Source: Octopus sinensis (taxonomy: Eukaryota). Taken from it: 64,000 bases of DNA. Every line of letters begins with the position of its first letter. The stretch's first letter is position 1. The position numbers and the translations under genes are program-made. Location: positions 43,908,464-43,972,463 of the forward strand of contig NC_043011.1 in assembly GCF_006345805.1 (NCBI RefSeq). Direction: 5' to 3'. Shown one piece after another: positions 1 through 12,082 of the stretch. Below the pieces are notes generated by a model. The model saw only the letters and a list, made by a program, of their open reading frames with translations, did no database searches and was not told the origin of the DNA.

Positions 1-109
1 TTGTGTCTCCCTATCTGTCTGTATCTATATACGTACACACTTCCGTCTGTCTATCCACCCATCCATGTATTTAAGTATTTTTAAATATTTATAAGTTCTC
101 ATACACACA

Positions 110-140
<31 letters not shown>

Positions 141-200
141 CACCACACACACACACTCACTCACTCACTCACACATAAACACACACGCGCATGCGCGCAG

Positions 201-235
<35 letters not shown>

Positions 236-557
236 CTGTATATGTGTATCCAGTGCCATCCAGAATTCTGAAGCAATGATTCAGAAATGCCAGAAAGCGA
301 TTTGAGTGGAGCTGTGTCGGCATGGCTGTATGGCTGTGTGGTGATAAGTTTGCCTCCCAACCACATGATTCCAGGGTTCAATTCCACCGAGTGGCATTTT
401 AGGCAAGCGTTTTCTACTAGAGCCCCATGCCCACGAAAGCCTTGTCAGTGGAAATGGTAGACGGAAACTGAAGTAGCTCATCATATATGTGTCTGCGTTG
501 TGTGTGTGTATGTGTGTGTGTGCGTGTGTGTGCGCTCGTTCGCGCGTGTTTGTCCCG

Positions 558-833
558 CTAAATGACGGGACATAAACACACCAGCATCGGCTGTCAAGCA
601 ATGCTAGGGGGACAAACACAAACACACAGTCATACACACACACACACACACACACATATATACATATATACAACGGGCTTCTTTCCGTTTCCGTCTATCA
701 AATCCACTCACAAGGCATTGGTCGACCCGAGGCTATAGTAGAAGACACTTGCCCAAAACGCCACGCTGTGGGACTGAACCCTGAACCAAGTGGTTGGTAA
801 GCAAGCTACTCACCACACAGCCATTCTTGCACC
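558..833 (-). mobile_element. SINE family A (tRNA-derived head, CORE-like box, internal microsatellite), partial
   Basis: Matches the ~400-bp repeat GGCGCAGGAGTGGCTGTGTGGTAAG...CACCTTGGGCAAGTGTCTT...GACGGAAACTGAAAGAAGCCCGTCG found more than 20 times in the window. It abuts an older + strand copy at ~325-555. Confidence 0.85.
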
Positions 834-999
834 TAATAACACTGTAAGTCGGGGGTGTCTTATATCAATCGAATGATAAATACTTTGATTTTATTCGGTT
901 TTCTTCGATCCATGTCTAATAAGGACGTTGTTATTTAACTATCAACGTATCCGAAAACAATTGCTAGAATCTAATAATGATATTCATGAGAAAAATCTC

Positions 1000-1360
1000 C
1001 TACCAACCACATGGTTCCGGGTTCAGTCCCACTGCGCGGCACCTTGGGCAAGTGTCTTCTACTATAGCCTCGGGCTGACCAAAGCCTTGTGAGTGGATTT
1101 GGTAGACGGAAACTGAAAGAAGCCCGTCGTATATATATGTATATATATATGTGTGTGTGCGTGTGTTTGAGTTTGTCCCCCTAGCATTGCTTGACAACCG
1201 ATGCTGGTGTGTTTATGTCCCCGTCACTTAGCAGTTCGGCAAAAGAGACCGATAGAATAAGTACTGGGCTTACAAAGAATAAGTCCCGGGGTCGAGTTGC
1301 TCGAGCATGGCCGCAGTCAAATGACTGAAACAAGTAAAAGAGTAAAAGAGAATAAAAGAG
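1000..1360 (+). mobile_element. SINE family A, 5'-truncated
   Basis: Family A body, internal (TA)n/(TG)n, and the tail CAGTCAAATGACTGAAACAAGTAAAAGAG. Confidence 0.85.
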
Positions 1361-1896
1361 AATGTCTATCCATACATACATCCATCACTCCATCCATCCA
1401 TCCAGCCAGCCAGCCAGCCAACCAGCCAGCCATTGATCTTCGTCCACTATTCTTTCGAAGGTCCTTGGGATAAATCTTCAGACACCTTCTCCGTGAGACT
1501 TTATCGGAAGCATCTGTCATCACACTTTTTGGCTGGATCCCTTGTGCGCAAAATGGTATCTAAATTATTGCCCATCTTCAGCATCGATTACCAAATTAAT
1601 TAACGTATATCAACCCCCGCCCACAAAAATATTGAAATTTACTACCCCTTCCTCACTATTGATGAGAAGACAATACTGTGATTACATTCATTTGATTCCG
1701 CTTTTGCCGCCATGTTAGTAGTCGGATTAAAAAGGTTTGAAACCAGTGATTTTCAACCATTTTTCACTTATAGACCCCTTTGATTCTTATTTTACTCGGA
1801 TGGCCCCCTAGTAGCCATTCTATATTTAAAAAGAACCCCGTTATATTTTTATAATTAAATGTTATAGAAAATTATATTTAAAAAGTTATTAAAATA

Positions 1897-2354
1897 CGAG
1901 GAGGTGGTAAAAAGTTCCTAACTTTCTTATTTCTTTATTGCCCACAAGGGGCTAAACATAGGGGGGGGGGGCAAACAAAGACAGACAAATGGATTAAGTC
2001 GATTATATCGACCCCAGTGCGTAACTGGTACTTAATTTATCGACCCCGAAAGGATGAAAGGCAAAGTCGACCTCGATGGAATTTGAACTCAGAACGTAAC
2101 GGCAGACGAAATACCGCTAAGCATTTCGCCCGGCGTGTTAACGTTTCTACCAGCTCGCCGCCTTTCTGGGTATCGCGAAAGGCCTAAGTGGAGACCCAAA
2201 CCTTCCGAGTTCTTTTACAGGGCTTTGAGGAACTGAAGGACCACCTGCTGTAAGTGTGAATCTGAGTGGGGGATATATTGAATAAAATCATAATTAACTG
2301 ATCCTTCTGTATTTTTCTTTCAACCAAAACCAAGAAATTTTCAGCATCCCCTCG
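1897..2354 (+). mobile_element. Non-autonomous mariner-like element
   Basis: TA|CGAGGAGGTGGTAAAAAGTT ... AATTTTCAGCATCCCCTCG|TG terminal inverted repeats. Internal remnant resembles a mariner transposase C-terminus (GGGGGATATATTGAATAA, G-x-Y-I-E-stop). Confidence 0.65.
1927..2163 (-). mobile_element. SINE family B (Meta-domain-like)
   Basis: Head GGCGGCGAGCTGG.AGAAACGTT, central GCCTTTCATCCTTTCGGGGTCGATAAATTAAGTACCAG (Meta-domain-like), tail GCCCCTTGTGGGCAATAAAGAAAT. Confidence 0.85.
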
Positions 2355-2389
2355 TGTTTTGTATATTGTAAAAGTTTAACCAGCTTAAC

Positions 2390-2481
2390 GGGCATATGGC
2401 GTAGTGGTTAAGAGCGCGGGCTACTAACTCCAAAATTCCGAGTTCAATTCCAAGCAGTGACATGAATAATAATAATAATAA
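2390..2481 (+). mobile_element. tRNA-derived SINE head (family D) with (AAT)n
   Basis: A-box TGGCGTAGTGG and B-box-like GAGTTCAATTCC, followed by (AAT)n. Sister copies at ~5238-5345 and ~59922-60012. Confidence 0.75.
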
Positions 2482-3186
2482 TTTTAACCCGTTTATTGCA
2501 AACAAATTTTAAGTAAATCTTGTATGGACCTCCAAGGTCATATCGATCCCGGGGGTAGAGTCCTCAGGCCCCTCCTCTATTGGGTCCTGTCAGAAGTAAC
2601 CATTATCACATTTTCCAGCTGGATTCCCAAGCGTGGCCAACCGAAACTATAGTTGTAATCCAATCATCTCGTTCTTGGCCTACTCTTAAATCTCCTGCCA
2701 GTTGGCTGGTTGTGAAGAATCTATCTTGCGGTTCTTTCTTGCCACATTCTAAACTCATGCCTGTGGTTTCGGAGCTGTGACTTCTCAATACCGAAAATAG
2801 CGGCTTGACTGACTTGAAGAGACTCTTTGGTAACCAAGCTGCGCGAGAATGTGGATTGTCAAAAGTAATAATATACTGTGCAATTTCTTGAAATTTCAGA
2901 AAGATATCTTTTACATGTGACTTCAATGCAGACATATGTGTGCACTTTGGTAACAGCAGGTGAGAACTGTAGGAGGACGGCAGAGCTTGAAGCTAAATAT
3001 ACGAGTAAACGACTTCAGAAATAGAACTTGTCGAGTCTAGAGAGGAATTTGGTTGAGATATAAATGATGTCTGTGAATTTGGAACCCGTACTGCGCATAA
3101 ATCTCAAGATTTGTTTTATTTCGATATTGCCCCCTTCTGTAGAATCTCAGACCGAGATCAGTTGACCATGGATTAGTTTCAACAAG

Positions 3187-3220
3187 ATGATGATGATGAC
3201 GATGGTGGTGGTGGTAGGGA

Positions 3221-3252
<32 letters not shown>

Positions 3253-3316
3253 AGAGGAGGAGGAGGAGGAGGAGGAGGATAACGACGTCAACGACGAAGA
3301 CGATGATGACGATGAC

Positions 3317-3345
<29 letters not shown>
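3187..3345. repeat. (GAT)n/(GAG)n/(GAC)n trinucleotide microsatellite
   Basis: Directly visible. Confidence 0.95.
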
Positions 3346-3348
<3 letters not shown>

Positions 3349-3697
3349 GTTTGAGTGATGTTGTTAACACCGATATGTAAACTTTCTGTTTTCGAAATGG
3401 AATTTCCTCAGCCCATTCCTCTCAGTACCTGATGAACTAGAAATGTTTGAATCGGCTCCAGCAGGCATTGCCAACAATAACCCAGTGAGAACAGAAGAAA
3501 ACAAATCAGATTGAACCAAGAACCTCCACATATTCGGTTGTCAAGTGAATTCGCTTCTTATTTTCCTTTTTAAAGCCTGGTACATATTCTATCGGTATCG
3601 TTTTGCCGAACCGCTAATTTACAGCTACGTAAACACACCAACACCGGTTTTCAAATTGTGGAGGGTACAAACACAAACACATACACACATACATACA

Positions 3698-3764
<67 letters not shown>

Positions 3765-3955
3765 TTAATCCAAACATGGACAAGTAAGAAAAACAACGCG
3801 ATGACATGGAATAAGTACAGTGTTATTGTACACTCAGGAAAGGAAAGAAAGAGGATTTCACGTTTCGAGCGGAGCTCTTCGTCAGAAATATAGAATAAGT
3901 CCAAAGAAGGGAAGACGGAGAAAGAAAATCGCCAAAGATACACACGCGGTCGCAT
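3765..3955 (-). mobile_element. Short Penelope-like non-autonomous repeat with hammerhead-like motif
   Basis: Inverted homologue at 14605-14815 and a partial copy at 19455-19555. Flanked by (TG)n/(TA)n. Contains CTGACGA-A-GAGC-TCC-GCTC-GAAAC. Confidence 0.6.
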
Positions 3956-3999
3956 ATTATATATGTATGTATATATATATATAAATTAATAAATAAAAC

Positions 4000-4350
4000 A
4001 TATGCATATATACATACATATATGTACGTACCTACCTCTACATGTATATATACATACATATATGGGTACAGGACACCAAAAACCATCGAACACAATGAGA
4101 AACGAAAACATAAACACAAAACCAAGGAACTGGACAATTTTCTTAAACAACGAAAAAATAGAGTACAGGACAAATAACACAAGGAAAATTCCCCTTCTTC
4201 AGTCGCCATGGTTTCATCTACTCTTCGTTTCGAAGGTGAAGGCGATACGCATCTTCGATAGAAACTTTCCTTCCCGCGAAAAGCAAATTAGATAAAATTT
4301 GAGATCTTTTTGCGGAGGGGTAAAAATGGTAACAAAAACAGGACAGTAAG
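4000..4350. mobile_element. Interspersed repeat (second copy at ~12725-13040), possibly Penelope-related
   Basis: Shared sequence ATGGGTACAGGACA...GAGAAACGAAAACATAAA...GGTAACAAAAACAGGACAGT. Both copies sit beside (TA)-rich microsatellites. Confidence 0.55.
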
Positions 4351-4594
4351 ACGACGGGCTTCTTTTAGCTTCCGCCTACCAAGGCCCGAAGCTATAGCAG
4401 AAGACAATTGCCGAAGGTGCCATGCAGTAGGGCTGAACCCGGAACCATGTGGTTGGGAAGCAAAGTTCTTACCACACAGCCACATACGCGCCTAAAAATA
4501 TTACGCCGAACGTGTGAATAATTATTATCTTATCATATTTTAGATGGCGAGATCATCAGGTTCCTGTGCAATTATCACCAAATATTTACAATCT

Positions 4595-4925
4595 TAATGA
4601 CCCCCTTCGGTCATGAATGACCATGGGATTTCACCTAGAAAGTTTCCCTCCGAGGCACAAGTACGGTGAAGGTTGTTTATGGAAGACCAGAAGTCACCCA
4701 TGTATACCAGTCCTCTCTCCCCACACCACTGATGTTATCCAAGGGAAAGACAAAGGCCGATACAGCTTGGCACCGGTGACGTCGCAACTCATTTCTACAG
4801 CTGAGTGAACTGGGGAACGTGAAATAAAGTGTCTTGCTCAAGAACACAACACACAGCCCAGTCCAGGAATTGAATTCATCACCTCATGTCTGTGAGTCTG
4901 ACGCTCTAATCACTGAGCCATGCCC
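4595..4925 (-). mobile_element. SINE family C (tRNA head plus CORE-like TGTGTTCTTGAGCAAGACACTT)
   Basis: Homologous to the + strand copy at 51015-51355. Confidence 0.8.
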
Positions 4926-5082
4926 CTTCTTAAGGAAGAAGAAAATCGAAGTGCTATCATGAACATAGCTACGGGTCCAGTCATAGGGAAGACAGGTGAC
5001 ACAGTCGTAGAAACGGTTTGAAGTGTTGCAAATGTGTCAGTGCAAGAGATGGGGTTGTTGTGATTAGGATGGATTTTACTAG

Positions 5083-5490
5083 TTTTCAGCTTTATTTACA
5101 TTATTTACATTCGACGGATATTTGTCCTCATCTTGTTTGTTGCTAACACAACGTTTCGGCTGATATACCCTCCCGCCTTCTTCAGGTGTCTTGGGGGAAA
5201 TTTCGAACCTGGGTTCTCATTTCTAAGGTATATGCTCACGGGAATAAAGCGTAGTGGTTAAGAGCGCGGGCTAACCCCAAGATTCCGAGTTCGATTTCAA
5301 GCAGTGATCTAACTAATAATAATAATAATAATAATAATAACAACAACATAAAAAATACCTTAGGAATGAGAACCCAGGTTCGAAATTTCCCCAAGACACC
5401 TGTGTTAACAACAAACAAGATGAGGACAAATATCCGTCGAATGTAAATAATGTAAATAATGTAAATAATTCATCATCTCCTAAATATAGA
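5083..5490 (+). mobile_element. Composite element: inverted 3' copy + tRNA-derived head + (AAT)n + Penelope-like tail
   Basis: Arms ~5092-5231 and ~5354-5468 are reverse complements. The tRNA-like head lies at ~5238-5310. ACTAG occurs on both sides (5078-5082, 5491-5495) as a possible TSD. Confidence 0.65.
5145..5190 (-). ncRNA. Minimal type I hammerhead ribozyme motif
   Basis: Minus strand reads GACAC-CTGAAGA-A-GGCGG-loop-CAGCC-GAAA-C-GTT-GTGTT. This gives stem I, the CUGANGA core, stem II (one mismatch), GAAA and a GUU cleavage triplet, with no helix III loop. Confidence 0.6.
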
Positions 5491-5699
5491 ACTAGAGTTT
5501 TGAGGTGTTGCTGTAAGAATTCTGGAATGTCATAGATGTGTCTGGACTGAGTAGAAGAGACAGTGGATTGGGTGATGTTGTAGTTGTATCCTGGGGTATT
5601 GTAGGTGTATGTGCACTGTGTGACAGAGACAGAAAGAGAGCAGTCATGTGAAGATCACACGGTGAAGATGACCGTGCTAAAGCCATTACAACTGCTGTG

Positions 5700-5700
5700 T

Positions 5701-5734
<34 letters not shown>

Positions 5735-6190
5735 ATTGATGATGATGATAATGATAACGATGATGATGATGATGATGACGATGATGACGATGATGATGAT
5801 GATGATGACGATGATGCTGATGATAATGACGATGATGATGATAATGATAACGATAATGATAATGATTTTGATGATTATGATGACGATGATGATAGTCATG
5901 TGATGATGATGAAGATGACGATTATGACAACAATGATGATAATGATGAGGAGGAGAATGATGATGAGGGCGATGTTGATGATAGTGATGAGGATGATGAT
6001 GATAACGATGCTGCTACTGCTGCTACTAGTGCTGATGATGATGAGGACAATAAGGAAGAGGAGGAGAAGGACGACGACGATGATGATGATGATGATAGTG
6101 ATAATAGTGATGACGGTGATGGTGATGATGATGATGATGACGACGACGATGATGACGACGGCGATGACGGCGACGGCGATGTCGATGGCA
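5700..6190. repeat. Long degenerate (GAT)n microsatellite
   Basis: Directly visible; source of the poly-M, poly-I and poly-S ORFs. Confidence 0.95.
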
Positions 6191-6407
6191 TCCGGTGTGA
6201 TAGGTGATTTAGTTTTGATGATGTGAAACGAACGCATGAGTAAGCAGCAGAAATAAGAAACAGATGTTGATTGACGGCGCGGGGGGTGGGGGGAGAGTAG
6301 GAAGAAAATGTAAAAAACACACACTTACAGACGCTCACAGGCATTCATATGCACACTATACACACACAAAACAATATACAGTCACACACATAATGCATGT
6401 ATGTGTG

Positions 6408-6533
<126 letters not shown>

Positions 6534-6714
6534 ATACGTAAATGGCGAACGATGAAATGAGTGCTCAACACCGTGTTGGTGGATATATAATTTATTTACT
6601 TGTGAATTAAGGCTACTATTAGTTTCATGTTAGTGCCTTAACAATTTCTCAAGCCGATCATGACCTGAAACTGGTATGGGCCAAATAGTAACCCCCATCA
6701 AAAAGCAACGGGAT

Positions 6715-6925
6715 CTCATAACTCAATTCTCCAAAGACTTTGGAATGAAATTTGAAGGGTCCAAATGTGCATTTTTGGCGGTAAAATGCGGGAAACTTTA
6801 CTCACATTCAAAACACTAAACATAGACAACCTTGAAATACAGCTTCTGCTCCCTGGGAAAAGTTACAAATATATTAGATAGGGCGAAAACGTCAGCTACG
6901 ACAGACCAATCAATAAACAGAGAGG
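6715..6925 (+). mobile_element. R4/Dong-like non-LTR retrotransposon RT fragment (pseudogenic)
   Basis: Translates SKDFGMKFEGSKCAF... and, after a frameshift, ...LLPGKSYKYI. This resembles the DIGMxFGxxKC...ExYKYLG region of R4/Dong reverse transcriptases. Confidence 0.55.
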
Positions 6926-7759
6926 ACGAGGAATGAGTAACGTTTTCCTTCGCATTCATTCTTTCCTCTTTCTCTCTCCCTCTCTTTCTCCCTCTCTTAC
7001 TCGCTATCGGTTTCACTCGGTTTCACTCTCTTTCTTTTACCTTCGCATTTTCTCTGTTTTCCTCCCTTTCTCTCTTTGCGGTTAGGCTATTCGGCTCACG
7101 ATCGTGAAGTTGTGAGTTCGATTCCTGGCACTCAGTCCACTCAGCCGGCAAAAATGATATGTACCTTGCAATTCAAAGGGGCCAGCCTTGTCACTTAAGG
7201 TGTGTCACGCTGAATCTCCCCGAGGACTACATTAAGGGTATGCATGCCAGCTGGACCTTAATTTCGCGAGCAAGTTGTTTCGTTGATTGAATCAACTGGA
7301 ACCCTGATCGTCGTAACCGACGGAGGACCGGTACTCTCTTCTTTCTCTCAATCTAATCTTTTATTCATCTTCGTTTTCTTTTTACCTTTCTCTGTTCTTC
7401 CTTTACTCACCTTCCTTCTCTCATGCCCCCCCCCTCTTTCTCTCTTCCTTTATATCCCTCTTTTCTTCTCACCCTCAAATACAGACGCCCACCCGTATGC
7501 ACTAAATTACATGAGATCGTCCAATCATTCTTACAAATACGGAGATTACTTACAAAAGAGTGGATTAAACGGTGCAATTAATCACTTAATCCCTTCTTAT
7601 CAAGATACTTTAATTGAATCGTAACAAATGCCTGACAAAAAAAAACAAAAACAAAAAAAAGAACATTATCGCTACACAAATTAACACTTACTGCTCTCAT
7701 ACATAGATACATAGATAGATACATACATACATGTATATATGTTATGTGTGTATGTATGC

Positions 7760-7791
<32 letters not shown>

Positions 7792-7820
7792 CTATATATA
7801 TATATATATATGTGCGTGTA

Positions 7821-7873
<53 letters not shown>

Positions 7874-7918
7874 TTCTGTATACATATATGCAAATATAAT
7901 TACACTCACACGCATAAT

Positions 7919-7950
<32 letters not shown>

Positions 7951-8153
7951 ACTCTGTTATAAAATTTGTGTATGTATAACCTTATATACCACATCTTACG
8001 TATTATTATACATCTTTAGAAATATTATGTATATATATCTACATCAGCTTATTATAAAAAAAGACCTTATTTCTTACCACTGCTCCCAAATTAATATTTG
8101 CATTCACACATACACAACAAACTTATATACATGTTTTCATTGTAGTTCCTTAT

Positions 8154-8830
8154 TTGTACTTGCAGTGGCTTTTCCCCAGATTGGATTGCGCCGGCTCCGA
8201 CCAACGGGTTGGCCATGAAGATATGACTGGCGACAGTAAAGACGGACGTAGAAGCACAATCTGATCTTCGTCATGAATCTTGACCTCAAGCGACGGTAGG
8301 GCTCAGTCGAGGTTGTAATGGATACTCACACCCAGTTTCACTGCCGAAGACCATAAACACAGGGGTTCCGATTGTGCTACCACTTCCGTCGTTACCATCC
8401 TCCATTTGTCCTCCAGTTCGTTTGTGCCAGCCTGGGAGGGGTGCTGGGTGAATTCCCCCGGAGGCTGACGGAAAGTATGGCCAAGCCACCTTAGACGTCT
8501 TTTGAGTAGAAATTGTTGCAAAGAGTTGATGCAGTAACGTTGTCGTATTTTGGGGGATTGAAATAAAGTCCAATGGGCGAACATGCACACTTCCACACTT
8601 CTACTTTCATTGGTACCATACTGATTACTTGGGGTGCGTCGGATGTCAGAGAGGTGTAACGATTTTGACGGGGCCACATGTCGCATTTTTAGGGATTATC
8701 CGTCCGCTTTGGCCTGCCCCTGGCATCCTACTCTGATCTATATCTCCAAGTAGCTGTTTGCATGTAGTGGTGGCCATACCTCAGTAGATCGCTTTAACTG
8801 GTGGGTTAAACCTGGTGAGGGTAGCCAACG
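8154..8830 (-). mobile_element. RTE-clade LINE 3' region, decayed
   Basis: Translation includes RRLRWLGH, typical of the RTE ORF C-terminus, and the element ends in a CAAGTAC tail. A putative 5' part continues at ~9280-9520 beyond a SINE insertion. Confidence 0.6.
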
Positions 8831-8844
8831 TGTATATAACTCTT

Positions 8845-9261
8845 ATTTCTTTATTGCCCACAGGGGGCTAAACATAGAGGGAGACAAACAAGGACAGACA
8901 AAGGCATTAAGTCGATTACACTGACCCCAGTGCGTAACTGGTACTTAATTTATCGACCCCGAAAGGATGAAAGGCAAAGTCTACCTCGGCAGAATTTGAA
9001 CTCTGAACGTAAAGACAGACGAAATACCTATTTCTTTACTACCCACAAGGGGCTAAACACAGAGAGGACAAACAAGGACAGACAAACGGATTAAGTCGAT
9101 TATATCGACCCCATTGCATAACTGGTACTTAATTTATCGACCCCGAAAGATTGAAAGACAAAGTCGACCTCGGCGGAATTTGAACTCAGAACGCAGCGGC
9201 GGACGAAATACCCCTAAGCAGCTCGCCCGGCGTGCTAACGTTTCTGACAGTTCGCCGCCTT
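8845..9261 (-). mobile_element. SINE family B dimer with 18-bp TSD
   Basis: Two tandem units flanked by AACGTG(T/A)ATATAACTCTT at ~8827-8844 and ~9262-9279. Confidence 0.85.
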
Positions 9262-9831
9262 AACGTGAATATAACTCTTGGGGAGTTAGGTTTTGCCTTT
9301 CTATTCATGTGAAAACTGGATCTGGTTGACTCTGCAGGAAAAAAAACAAACTTTCATGGTTCAACAGAGGGAATGGCGGCTTGCAATAACGCATTGTGGA
9401 GTGCCGAGAGCAAGATGAGACGAGTAAGACATCTCGATCATCCACAGCATCCGTCTCCATCCCCAATTATGTCAATAGATTGAAGATGGCCACGGACAAG
9501 AGAATGGGGTTAAAGATGCGCAATTCTTCGTTTTAAACAAAGTCACTGCGCATATCACCAGTTAACCTTAATGATGATTAAATGGTCCTCGTCGTTCGCG
9601 CGGACAAACGTGTATTGATTATCAATTACAGTTCAATGTACTCGCAACATCCTTACCATCAAAGCCATCCTCACCACTGGAATGGTACAGTCAAGTCTTT
9701 TAATGTTGACTCATCCAGGAATATATGTATTCCAACAGGAAGAAATTATAGTCATTTCCTTTGATGATGGCATGTGAAGATGCCGAAAACTCTTTGCTGT
9801 GTCTCTTTGGTGAACTTATCCGATTAGAAAC

Positions 9832-10493
9832 ATACGCATACAAACATACATACATGCATACATACATACATACATACATACATACATACATACATACATA
9901 CATACATACATACATGCAAAAATACATACATATATACATACATACATGCTCGTGCATGCATATATAGACAGACACACAAACATAGACGCATATATGCAGA
10001 CACGCTGAGACAGACACACATACACATACACGTACACACATATTTGCACACACATGCACACAGACACATTCACGGGTACATATACATGAATACATACATA
10101 TAGAGACATAAATACACATGCAGTCTCACACACACACGCACGCACGCACACATAAACATACAGGCACATACATACACAGGCTCACAGACACACAGAGAGA
10201 TATACACACGGATACATACCACGACATACACACATGCACATGAACACTCGCATGTAGACACAAACATACAGAAGAACATACATACACATGCACAAAGATA
10301 TACACATGCATACACATATGCAACCACACACATACACATATGCACACAGGCATTTAAATACAAACATACGGAGGCACTTGCATTACTAACACACGTACAC
10401 AGTCATACACTCAAAAGCACACACATATGCCTATACAAAGACACACAGAGATATATACACACGCAAGCAGATGCAAGCATACAGACACACAGG

Positions 10494-10536
<43 letters not shown>

Positions 10537-10655
10537 GCACTACACAAACATACATATATATACATATATAAATATATACACACAAACACCCATATACATA
10601 CGTATATATGAATGCACTACATAAACATACATATATATATATATATATATGTGTA
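9832..10655. repeat. Compound (CATA)n/(CA)n microsatellite field
   Basis: Directly visible. Confidence 0.95.
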
Positions 10656-10657
10656 TA

Positions 10658-10695
10658 TCTTTCTGTTGAAGAGCGTAGGCTCGAAACGTAAAAGA
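10658..10695 (+). ncRNA. Minimal type I hammerhead-like motif (core variant) in a Penelope-like repeat
   Basis: TCTTT-CTGTTGA-A-GAGC-GTAG-GCTC-GAAA-C-GTA-AAAGA. Stems I and II are perfect and the triplet is GUA, but the core reads CUGUUGA rather than CUGANGA. Confidence 0.55.
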
Positions 10696-10805
10696 CTTGT
10701 TTTATTTATATTCCTGAGCGCCATACTAATACCATTGTTTGTTTATATTCCACCTGCCTTCGTCTTTTGTTTATTTTCATAAAGCTTCCCGTTATATATA
10801 TATAT

Positions 10806-11185
10806 GCAGGAGTGGCTGTGTGGTAAGTAGCTTGCTAACCAACCACATGATTCCGGGTTCAGTCCCACTGCGTGGCATCTTGGGCAAGTGTCTTCTGCTA
10901 TAGCCCCTGGCCGACCAATGCTTTGTGAGTGGATTTGGTAGACGAAAACTGAAAGAAGCCCGTCGTATATATGTATATATATATGTATGTGTGTGTGTTT
11001 GTGTGTCTGTGTTTGTCCCCCTAGCATTGCTTGACAACCGATGCTGGTGTGTTTACGTCCCCATCACATAGCTGTTCGGCAAAAGAGACCGATAGAATAA
11101 GTACTGGGCTTACAAAGAGTAAAGGCGGTGCTCCAACATGGCCGCAGTCAAATGACTAAAACAAGTAAAAGAGTAAAGAGAGAGA
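10806..11185 (+). mobile_element. SINE family A, near full length
   Basis: Head, CORE-like box, internal microsatellite and (GTAAAAGA) tail all present. Confidence 0.9.
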
Positions 11186-11609
11186 GTATACACTACACAA
11201 ACACACATATGCATACATACATATATTCACAAGCACTACCCGAGCATATATAGATCTGAAAGCACCGTGCCTCTACACTTTGAAATTCTGTATTCCTATA
11301 CACTTTCAAATTCACACATATACTCACCAAAAGGAATACACGCACACACACACACACACAGATGCGCATACGAGCACACAGAGACACACATGCACACAAA
11401 CACTTAGTGCTACCCAAAGTATCATGCTTCTGCTCTTAACCTATCCACTCAAAAACATTTGTATCACATTATCTTTGGCTAATACCATTTATCAGTTGGG
11501 AGCGATACAACCCAAAGTTGGTTAACTGTTCAGTCCGCCGAACGTTGAAGAGCAGACAAGCATAAATTAATTAATTTACCCAACGTAGACTATCTCAACC
11601 GCCCCCTCT

Positions 11610-11643
11610 CTATATATATGTATATAGGTAATATATATATAAG

Positions 11644-11701
<58 letters not shown>

Positions 11702-11824
11702 AATATATATGTATGTATATATATATGTGTGTATGTATGTATATATATATATGTGTATGTATTATATATTTATATATATATGTATTTATATATTATAATA
11801 TATATATATGTATATTTATATATG

Positions 11825-11873
<49 letters not shown>

Positions 11874-12082
11874 TTAATATATGTATATAATATCACGTAT
11901 ATATATTTACATATATATATTTATATATGTTTATATATACTTACACACTTATATATACTTATATATATATATGTATTTATATATGTACACACATACCACA
12001 CACACACACCACACCACACATATAATATATAATAATATATATATATATAATATATATATTATATATATATATATATATATAT
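11610..12082. repeat. (TA)n-rich compound microsatellite
   Basis: Directly visible. Confidence 0.95.

Larger units (their letters stand above)
1744..2568. mobile_element. Old hAT-like MITE interrupted by nested insertions
   Basis: Starts CAGTGATTTTCAACC. Its segments resemble the uninterrupted copy at ~38038-38250 (GACCCCTTTG..., GGACC.CCAAGG.TCAT). Right end is approximate. Confidence 0.5.

Noticed and set aside
2390-2465. Possible tRNA gene with ACT anticodon
   Set aside because: T-stem and acceptor stem do not pair properly, it is followed by (AAT)n, and it occurs in three degenerate copies, so it is a SINE head.
2606-2966. 109-aa minus-strand ORF preceded by an acceptor-like CTCCTACAG, plus coding-looking islands at ~3400-3500, 4930-5075 and 5495-5700
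   Set aside because: No recognisable motif, and joining across the insertions does not give one open frame. It may be a decayed gene but cannot be supported.
5697-6344. Met-rich or Asp-rich ORFs suggestive of reflectin or biomineralisation proteins
   Set aside because: Pure (GAT)n microsatellite with no reflectin motif or gene structure.
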